Positions 9,947 to 17,900 of a stretch of DNA of 64,000 bases are shown piece after piece (position 1 is the stretch's first letter; each line of letters begins with the position of its first letter). The translations under genes were made by a program, and so were the position numbers. The notes beneath the pieces are model-generated. The model worked only from the letters and a program-made list of their open reading frames with translations, searched no databases and was not told the DNA's origin. Source of the stretch: an uncultured Myxococcales bacterium (lineage in GTDB: Bacteria; Myxococcota_A; UBA9042; DTJE01); contig CAINDP010000007.1 in the NCBI GenBank assembly GCA_903847405.1, positions 48,969 through 112,968 on the forward strand, in the 5' to 3' direction.

Positions 9947-10323
9947 CGCGTTCCTCCCGACCGGCCGTCGGCCGGGGGCACGGCCTTCCCGGAGGGGTCC
10001 CCGGGCGCAGCCTTCCCGCGGGACTCGCGTAGCCGGGCATTCCGGGGTGCCAGGTCCCGCGTGGACGACGCCAGTTGGGCCGCCTTGTCGGCGAACTCCC
10101 GTGCCACATCGAATTCTGCCCGTCCGGCCAGGTCCCGTGCCGCCGTCAGGTATCCGTCGGCCGCGGTGATTTCGTAGGGGCACTCCTTGTCCCATCCACG
10201 GGTGCGGGCCTCGCGCAGGGAATCGTCCGCCCGCGTGATGGCCGAGGAGGCCTGGATCGGGCCGCAGCCGGCGCAGAAGAACGCTGCCAGCCCCAGTCCC
10301 AGGACCACCATCCGCATCGCCAT
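9943..10323 (-). CDS. Small lipoprotein (126 aa), DUF4398-like, coupled to the OmpA gene
   Basis: MAMRMVVLGLGLAAFFCAGC has a signal peptide and lipobox. Helical Ala/Arg-rich body. The stop overlaps the OmpA start (ATGA). Small lipoproteins of this kind commonly precede OmpA-family genes. Confidence 0.55.
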   Translation of the reverse strand: MAMRMVVLGLGLAAFFCAGCGPIQASSAITRADDSLREARTRGWDKECPYEITAADGYLTAARDLAGRAEFDVAREFADKAAQLASSTRDLAPRNARLRESRGKAAPGDPSGKAVPPADGRSGGTR

Positions 10324-10399
10324 CCCCCGTCCCGTGCCCGTAGTTCAATACCAGCCGACCTCCGCGGTGTCAACGCGCCCCCCTTCCTCCCTCCCCACC

Positions 10400-10477
10400 G
10401 TGCACGTGGACGTGGACGTAGACGTCGACGTGGACGTGGACGTAGACGTGGACGTAGACGTGGACGTCGACGACTGC
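10400..10477. repeat. Imperfect hexanucleotide tandem repeat (GT[G/A/C][G/C]AC)x13, intergenic
   Basis: Read directly: gtgcac gtggac gtggac gtagac gtcgac gtggac gtggac gtagac gtggac gtagac gtggac gtcgac. It lies between the lipoprotein start (10323) and the metalloprotease stop (10541). A poly-C/G-rich tract precedes it (10378-10399, minus-strand GGGGAGGGAGGAAGGGGGG). Confidence 0.85.
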
Positions 10478-10540
10478 TTGATTCCCTGTCGGTGGTCTAC
10501 GGTGTGGTGTGTGCGTGTTCCCGATCCGCGCGGTGCAGCG

Positions 10541-13500
10541 TCAGAGCCCCGTACCCGCCGAATACTCGCCGTACTCGAACGAGGCGTGCATCGAGCGGAT
10601 CAGCTCCAGCTTGCCGACCAGGAACTGCAGCGGGTGGAACAGGTAGTTCGTGCGGAGGTCGTCGAAGGTCAGGTCCGCCACGTCCTTCGGGCTGGACGCG
10701 ATGTTCTTGCACTCGTCGATCTCGTTCTGCGTGAAGGTCTTGTTCCGGGCGGGGTCATAGCAACTGAACATGAAGTCGCACTGCTTGACCAGGTCGAACG
10801 CCGGGTAGTACTGGCCGTCCGTCGTGCGGTAGGTCGTGTAGATGCGGCCCGAGAAGATGTCCTCGCAGGTCGCGACCTCGGCGCCCGCCGGCGGGGTGAC
10901 CGCGTACTTTTCACCCTGCAGCCACAGCCGTGTCGTGTCCATGAAGGACTGGTCGTAGTTGTTCACCATCAGGGCCATTCCGTAGTACGCCGCCAGCATC
11001 GGGATGCGGAAGCGGGTCGTCGGGAACGTGTACAGGGGCTCGGGCTCCAGCGAGATGCCGGGCATCGCGGCCTTGAACTGGCCCGTCGGGCAGGCCGCCG
11101 CGTCGTCGTAGCGGAGCAGGCGCGTGGGCACGCTCATCAGGGCGCCGTTGGTCTGCTTGTTGAAGCAGCCCATGTACATGTCGGCGCAGGTCTGGCCCGT
11201 GTACCCGGCCCCGACGCGGTCGGGCTGGGCGAAGGTGACCGGCTGCGTGGTCTCCGGGTGGGTCAGCACGCACCAACCGTACTTGTCGGAGTTGTTCGCC
11301 ATCAGGCCGCCGAACAGGTCGCGCATCTCGTTGCGGAACACGGACGCGTAGTTGATCAGGTACTTCCGGGTGTCCGCCTGGTAGTCCGTCGCCAGGAACC
11401 AGGTCTCGGGATCGGACAGGTACTCGAAGGCCGCGATGCGCTCGTAGATCGAGCCCGAGGAGACGACGGTCGGCTGGTAGCCGCTGTAGTCCCAGTTCGA
11501 GTAGATCGGGCGCGCGCCGGCCTCTTCCATGATCATGATCTGGCCGGTGTAGTTGTTCCGGTTCACCTGGTCCAGCGGCTCGAACCGCTTGGTCTGCCAG
11601 TTGTAGCCGTGGCTGCCCGGCTCGGGACGGCCGAAGGCGCCGGCCATGGTGTTGAACGAGGCGTAGGCCGCCAGGGCGCCCGGCAGACCGCCGTTCAGGT
11701 CCTCTTCCCAGCGCTTGCCGAACTTGCTCTTCCAGAAGTCGCCGTGGTTGTACGTCTGGTAGTTCAGCACCCACCACTGGAAGTGATGGCGCATGTTGTA
11801 GAAGGCGAAGCGCATGCTGCCGTCGTACATCGTGGGCCAGTACGTCGGGTCGTTGTGCCAGTAGCCGCTGAAGATCCACATGTTCTCGTACATTTCGCGC
11901 AGGTTGTTCACGATCTCGAAACTGTCCACGCCTTCGTCGAAGGTCGCGACGGTCGGCAGCCTGTAGGACAGTTCGTCGCCGCCGAACCGGAACGGGACGA
12001 CCGTGTCCGCGATCGAGCAGCGCAGGCCCTCGTGGAGCATCTTGCAGACGCGGTTGCCGGAGCAGTTGGCGCCCTCGCTGGTGCACTTTTCGCCGATGAC
12101 GGCCGCCTTGGGGACGTCGTGGCGCGCATAGATGTTGGCGGTGTCGCCGAACAGGTTCGGGATGTTGGTGGCGTGGATGCGACGCAGGGCGATGCCCAGG
12201 CCTTCGCCGCGCTGGTTGCGCAGGTCGGTCGCCTCGTTGCCCGGGGCGATCTGCAGCGGATCGACCGCGACGTATTCCGCCACGGAGCGCAGGTCCGGCG
12301 GCGTGTTGAACACTTCCATCAGGTTGCCGTAGGCGTACTTGATGGCGGCCGTGTCGTACAGGCCGATGCCCATCCAGGGCATGTTGAACTTGGCGTAGTA
12401 GTCCATGACCGAGGAGTACTGGTACTCGCGCAGGCCGCCGGCGATCTGGGCGGGGGTTTCGCCCCACAGACCCTCGGGCTGGTAGGTGTCGCCGTCCTTG
12501 CGGACCTTCAGATCCCAGTAGCCCGGCTTGAAGTTCAGGGCGTCGCTGGACGCCTCGAAGTTGTGGCGCAGGCCCAGCGTGTGGCCCACTTCGTGGATCG
12601 CGACGCCGTAATAGATCTTCTGGTACAGGTCTTCCTGGACCGTCACCCGCAGCTCGGCCAGCACCGTGTTGAACGCCTTCTGCGTCGCCATCAGGCCCGG
12701 GTTGGTCGTTTCCATCTCCAGCGGGGTGGGGATGTAGGTCGACTCGAAGCCGTAGGGGTTCATGGCGTTGTAGTACGCGAACCGGACGCGCAGCTGCTCG
12801 ATCAGGGCCTCGGTGCTGCAGGGAGCGTCCGCCGTGAAGCCGGTGAAGTCCAGTTCCGCCTGGCCGTTCATGCGCTCGCAGACCGTGACGTCATACTGCG
12901 CCTTGTACTGGTCGGCCAGGTGCAGGACGGCCCCGTCGAAGAAGGTGGCCAGGTCGTAGCCGCGCTTCGACATGCCCATGTAGTACTGGATCATCTTCTT
13001 GCTGCCGCCGACGTTCGCCCAGTTCTTCAGCAGGTACTTTTCGCTGCGGGCGTCGTTCGCCTTGGGGGCCTTGTCGCCCAGGCGCGGGTCCTTGAACAGC
13101 ATGCGCACGTCGTCGCTGACGAACAGGGCCTCGAGGTCGGGGTTGTTGCCCAGGATGGCCATGCGCGCCGCCGAGAAGTTCTGATCGGTCTTCTGGGGCA
13201 GGGTGGCGGTCAGGGCGTCGGCGACCGCGGGGATCACCAGCTTCTGGGCCAGGGCAACGGCCTGGTCATTGGTGAAGCCGGCCTTCCAGTAGGTGGACTG
13301 CTGCAGGCGCTTGGTGCGCATGTCGTCGGAAATGTACTTGCTGTTGGCGATCTCGCGGAAGGACTTGATGCCGGTCAGCAGTTCGATGCGGTCCATCGCG
13401 CGCTGGGCGCCCTGGCGCATCGCGGCGACGTAGTTGTTCGCCGTGGCCGTCACGATGCGGCCGGACAGCGGGTCTGCCGAGGACGGGCCATAGCCGTACA

Positions 13501-14893
13501 GGCCCACCTGGGTCGGGGCGTTGACCGCACTGAGGAAGTTGTAGCGCAGGTCGCCGAGGTGCTTGGCAACCGACAGGTCGCCGCAGATCGCCGGGTTGGT
13601 TTCGGCGGTCAGCGTCCCGTGCGCCGCCAGGTCCGTGGTGTTGTTTTCGCACACCAGGTACATGTGCTCGACCGAAACGGGCTTGCCCTGTTCGTCCAGC
13701 ATGGGCTTGCCGTTGCGGTCATACGCGGGCAGTTCGCCGGGGTTCTTGCCGGTCACCGACAGGACGGTCGCGTCGAAGGCCGTGGACCACTGGATGGCCA
13801 GGTCGATCCCGGACTGGACCAGGTTCGCCGGGTAGCCTTCCGTCAGGGTGTACACGATCGGCTTGACGCCGATGATGACGCCCGCGGCATCGCGCTGGTA
13901 GATGTCGTGGCGGTTCACGTAGCGCTGGACGCCGCCGTAGGTCGTGCCGTAATCCACGTCCCAGCGCAGGCGCTCGCTGCGGAAGTACCCGAAGCGCTCC
14001 ATGTCGAAGTCGGTGAAGTCCTGAGCGTCGTACTTCAGGAAGGCTTCCTCGCGGGCGGGATCGACAGCCAGGAAGGACGTGCGGGTGCGGATGCGCTCGC
14101 TGATGCACTCGTAGATGCCGCCGGAGTACCACGCGTAGTAGTAGCAGAGCGGCACGGTGCCGTAGCCGTCCATGTACTCGGTCTGCGCCTCGAAGATCCA
14201 GTCGTTCACGAAGTCCATGTAGCCGGTCTCGGGATTGATCCGGGACTCCAGTTCGGGCGCCGACTGGGCGTCGTGCAGGATGTTCGGCGCGCCCGTCTGG
14301 CTGAATTCCTGGAACGCGTTGACCGACGAGGGCAGCAGGTCGTTGCCCCAGCCGACGCGCATGGATTCGCGCTGGTACCACAGGCGGTCCGAGGTGTTCT
14401 CCGAAAGGACGTTGGTCTTCTCGCCCGTGTTCGGGTTGTACTCCCAGATCACGTCCAGGTGGCTTTCGATCGGGTACGCCGCCACGGGCGAGTTCTTGTC
14501 CATCCAGACTTCGTTGCCGTTGACGAGGTACGGGGTCCCGTCACGGTTCGTCAGCCGCTGGTCGACGTCGTGGCGCGGGGTTTCCATCCCTTCGCCGATG
14601 ACGAAGCTGTAGACGCGGTAGAAGTACAGCACCTTTTCCTGGATGTCGAAGACGCCGCGCTCCATGACGCCCTGCATTCCCACGAACGAGTACGCCGAGG
14701 CGTAGGGCGCCTCGGTGGTCGTGGACTGCATGAACCATTCCTTGCGCGTGCCGTCCGCGTTGAACAGCAGGTCCGCCTTCTGGCTGACGTTCTGCTGCGT
14801 GCGATCGACGGTACCAATGTCCTGGGCACACCCCGCGGCCAGCGCAGTCAGCGCGAGCAGCGCAGGCAGCATGATCTTCAACGCACGATGCAT
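10541..14893 (-). CDS. Giant lipoprotein zinc metalloprotease, metzincin-like (1450 aa)
   Basis: ATG at 14893 with RBS GGAGGGA. Signal peptide and lipobox MHRALKIMLPALLALTALAAGC. Zinc site AIHEVGHTLGLRHNF (HExxHxxGxxH) with a Met-turn-like YSSVMDYY ~40 aa downstream. Paralogous to the next gene. Confidence 0.85.
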   Translation of the reverse strand: MHRALKIMLPALLALTALAAGCAQDIGTVDRTQQNVSQKADLLFNADGTRKEWFMQSTTTEAPYASAYSFVGMQGVMERGVFDIQEKVLYFYRVYSFVIGEGMETPRHDVDQRLTNRDGTPYLVNGNEVWMDKNSPVAAYPIESHLDVIWEYNPNTGEKTNVLSENTSDRLWYQRESMRVGWGNDLLPSSVNAFQEFSQTGAPNILHDAQSAPELESRINPETGYMDFVNDWIFEAQTEYMDGYGTVPLCYYYAWYSGGIYECISERIRTRTSFLAVDPAREEAFLKYDAQDFTDFDMERFGYFRSERLRWDVDYGTTYGGVQRYVNRHDIYQRDAAGVIIGVKPIVYTLTEGYPANLVQSGIDLAIQWSTAFDATVLSVTGKNPGELPAYDRNGKPMLDEQGKPVSVEHMYLVCENNTTDLAAHGTLTAETNPAICGDLSVAKHLGDLRYNFLSAVNAPTQVGLYGYGPSSADPLSGRIVTATANNYVAAMRQGAQRAMDRIELLTGIKSFREIANSKYISDDMRTKRLQQSTYWKAGFTNDQAVALAQKLVIPAVADALTATLPQKTDQNFSAARMAILGNNPDLEALFVSDDVRMLFKDPRLGDKAPKANDARSEKYLLKNWANVGGSKKMIQYYMGMSKRGYDLATFFDGAVLHLADQYKAQYDVTVCERMNGQAELDFTGFTADAPCSTEALIEQLRVRFAYYNAMNPYGFESTYIPTPLEMETTNPGLMATQKAFNTVLAELRVTVQEDLYQKIYYGVAIHEVGHTLGLRHNFEASSDALNFKPGYWDLKVRKDGDTYQPEGLWGETPAQIAGGLREYQYSSVMDYYAKFNMPWMGIGLYDTAAIKYAYGNLMEVFNTPPDLRSVAEYVAVDPLQIAPGNEATDLRNQRGEGLGIALRRIHATNIPNLFGDTANIYARHDVPKAAVIGEKCTSEGANCSGNRVCKMLHEGLRCSIADTVVPFRFGGDELSYRLPTVATFDEGVDSFEIVNNLREMYENMWIFSGYWHNDPTYWPTMYDGSMRFAFYNMRHHFQWWVLNYQTYNHGDFWKSKFGKRWEEDLNGGLPGALAAYASFNTMAGAFGRPEPGSHGYNWQTKRFEPLDQVNRNNYTGQIMIMEEAGARPIYSNWDYSGYQPTVVSSGSIYERIAAFEYLSDPETWFLATDYQADTRKYLINYASVFRNEMRDLFGGLMANNSDKYGWCVLTHPETTQPVTFAQPDRVGAGYTGQTCADMYMGCFNKQTNGALMSVPTRLLRYDDAAACPTGQFKAAMPGISLEPEPLYTFPTTRFRIPMLAAYYGMALMVNNYDQSFMDTTRLWLQGEKYAVTPPAGAEVATCEDIFSGRIYTTYRTTDGQYYPAFDLVKQCDFMFSCYDPARNKTFTQNEIDECKNIASSPKDVADLTFDDLRTNYLFHPLQFLVGKLELIRSMHASFEYGEYSAGTGL

Positions 14894-14963
14894 CGGAGTC
14901 CCTCCGTTCGCGAGGCCGAGGATCTGGTTCTCACGGTTCCTGTTCATCGCCATCACCTCCGCC

Positions 14964-17900
14964 TCAGATCTTCATCTTGCTGAAGACCTCGTAGACGCCC
15001 CGCATCATGTCGAGGACTTCGACGATGTTGCGGAGTTCCACCTCGGCGGCGGCCTTGTCGGCGCCGGTCGCGGCCTCCCACAGAGCCTTCTGGGCATTGG
15101 CCTTTTCGACCAGCACCACGTTCGGCGAGTACCAGTCCGCGGTGTAGGTCGGTGCCCACACGACGAAGGTCTTGCCGGTGAAGGGATCGCTGAATTCCTG
15201 CGGCACGATCCCGCTGGTGGCCCCGATGTCGTGGCAGTTCCCGTTGCCCTTCAGGCAGACCGTGAACGAATCCAGGAACGACGGGTCGAAGGACGCCGGC
15301 AGGTACGCCATGCCGTAGACCATCATGTACAGCTTCAGGGTGATGTTCTGGATCGACGGCTCGACGCGGGGAGCCGTGCTGGCCGCCACCTCGGTGAGGT
15401 ACGGAGCCGGCACGACCGTTCCGACGATCTCGCCCAGGGTGTCGGTCGCATAGATGCTGCTGTTGCGCGGGTCGAACAGCTTGCGGGGGGCGTAGGTGCC
15501 GCCCTTTTCCGCCGTGCCCGCGAAGATCTGCGGGCTGTCGCTGATGGCGCCGCCGAACAGCTCGGTCAACTGCTTCGGGTACATCGTGTTGAACCCGATC
15601 GAGGTCCCGACGCCGATGTTCAACTGCTCGCCGACGTAGTTGGTCGTGAAGTAGACCGTCGAGTCGGTCAGGGTCATGAGGGCCGCCATCTTCTCCCAGA
15701 ACGAACCGTAGAACTGGGCGTGGTCCCAGAAGAAGTAGCCGGCGCCGTTCCAGAAGGTGGTGTAGGGGTACTTCCCGTCGGACAGCGGGATGTCCAGTTC
15801 GCTGCCCGTCGCGCCGCTGAGGTAGGAGATGTTTTCGAACAGGTTCTTGTCCACGTTCATCTTGTACGAGCCGGGCGCCGGCGAGGCCAGCGTCGAGGCC
15901 AGGATCTCGAAGCCCGTTTCCGACGCGCGCCGCAGGCCGTAGCCCATCAGCTTGGCGTTCGCCCAGACGCCGCGCCAGGAGTAGTTCTTGAGGACGTGGG
16001 AGTACAGCGCGTACAGCATGCCGCAGCCGCGCATGACGTCCATGTAGCGGGTCTGGACGCGGGTCATGTACCCGACCGGGTTGCCGTGGAGGCCGGCGCC
16101 GTAGCGCTCGCGCTTGAAGGCGTCCATCAGGTAGTAGTCGTGCAGCTGGATGCCCATGTTGTGGACGATTTCCAGCGCGTCCACGCCCGTGTCCCACGTG
16201 TAGATGCCGACGTTGCCGGCATACTCGTCACCGCTGAACTTGTAGGGGACCTGGATGTAGGTCCAGTCCAGGTAGGACTGGTAGTAGTTGGTCGTCATGT
16301 TGTGCTCGTCCCGCAGGGACTCGTAGGGCACCGCGGTACGATTGCGGACGCTGTCGCCTTCCGAGCGGTTGGCCTTCTCGCCGATCAGGTTGTTGAAGAA
16401 GTAGAACTGCGAGAAGAAGATGCCGCCGCCCCAGTAGGTCGTGTCCAGGTTGTCCGAGCTCTGGGACTCGCTGTCCTGGCCGTAGCTCTGGTAGTACGTG
16501 TGCACGGCGTTCTGCAGCTTTTCCGTGTCGTTGTACACGTCCACCAGGCCGCCGTAGCCGAACCGGATGGCGGCCTTGTCGTACTTGCCCAGGTCCAGGA
16601 TGTCGCTGTTCCAGCGCTGGCCGTAGTCCATGATGGACGAGACCTGGTAGATGGTCCGGGACTGCTGCGCTTCGCTGTCCGTCAGTTCGGCGCGCGGGAT
16701 GAACGCCATGATCTTGCCGTCGTTCTCGTTCACGACGGGGGTCGTCACGCGGGTCTTGACGCCGTCCTGGCTGCTGTAGCACACGCGGTCGTCGCCGTTG
16801 CAGGTCGAGCCCGCGGGGCAGACGCCGTGGAGGTTGCATCGGGTGATCTCGACGCACTGGCCGGCGATGCAGTCGAAGGTGTCGTACTTCGGGACCGCGG
16901 CGTTGGCGAAGCCGCAGTCCGAGGCCTTCGTGCAGGTTTCGACCTTCTTGGCGCGGCAGAAGTGGCCCTCGCAGTACTGGCCCAGGGCGGCCTCGCACTC
17001 GTCGTTGACCTCGCAGGGTACCGGCTCCTTCACGCGGATGTCGTAGTACTTGTCCGGGTAGTTGAACAGGTCCGTGGACGCCGCGAAGTTGTGCCGCAGG
17101 CCCATCGTGTGGCCGACTTCGTGCTCGACGACGGCCGTGTAGAAGCGCTTCAGGATGCTGCGGGCCAGCATCGGGCCGCTGCTGATGCAGCAGGGGCTGC
17201 CGGTGTCGTTGGCGGGGTCCAGGGCGTCCCACGTCTTTTCGTCGCAGCGCGGGCGGGGGTCGTCGCCGATGCAGGCCCAGGACTGGACCATGCCCAGCAT
17301 GCCTTCGTCGTCGAACTCGCCGTAGCAGTAGGCGTGCTTGCCCAGGTAGATCTGGCGCTCGCGCTCGCGCTTCTGGATGTCCTGGATGTTCGCCCACTCC
17401 AGCGGCGAACCGCTGACGGGGGAGTCGTTGTCCAGGGCGTACTGGACTTCCGAGTTGGTCATCAACTGCTCGTACTGGGTGCCCTTGAGGGCCGCCAGGC
17501 GCTGCTTGCCCAGGGACGGGCTGAGGACCGGAACGGTCGAGGCCAGGGGCGTCCCGATGTTCTTGTCCCGGATGATCTTGAAGATGTCCATCTGGCTGAT
17601 GGGCTTCTGGTTCTGCAGGACCTGCTGCGTCGGATCGAACTGCTGGCGCATGCCGGCAATCGGGTCCAGCGTCTGGGCCGGGGTGCCCTGCGGGGGAGCC
17701 TGCGGGGCCATCATCGCCTGGACTTCGGTCGGGGCGTTCTTGGCCTTGTCCTTGAGGTACGTGCGGATGTTTTCGCCCGTGACGTAGTCCGCCGTGTCCA
17801 GCTTGCCGCTGATCAGGTCGAACAGGTCGCGGTACATGTTGCCGTAGGTCGTCAGCGGGGCGCCATAGATGTTCGCGATGCCCCAGAACACCTGGCCGCT

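Noticed and set aside
8900-10348. Long N-terminal extensions given in the ORF track for several real genes (also 23317..26100, 26260..29343, 29604..31124, 33909..35267, 37114..38217, 42504..45191, 58603..60153, 62974..63702)
   Set aside because: The extensions are Arg/Gly/Pro-rich, lack homology-like motifs, overlap upstream genes or repeats, and precede clear signal peptides or conserved N-termini. Starts were moved to the first ATG/GTG with an RBS or translational coupling.
10400-10477. CRISPR array
   Set aside because: The units are 6 bp with no spacers. No cas genes are present and there is no repeat-spacer periodicity.
10187-14983. 1598-aa plus-strand ORF including a (VD)n stretch
   Set aside because: It is antisense to the well-supported metalloprotease gene. 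Its composition is dominated by R/G/A/V/H with no motifs. The VDVDVD segment is just the intergenic (GTGGAC)n DNA repeat read in frame.
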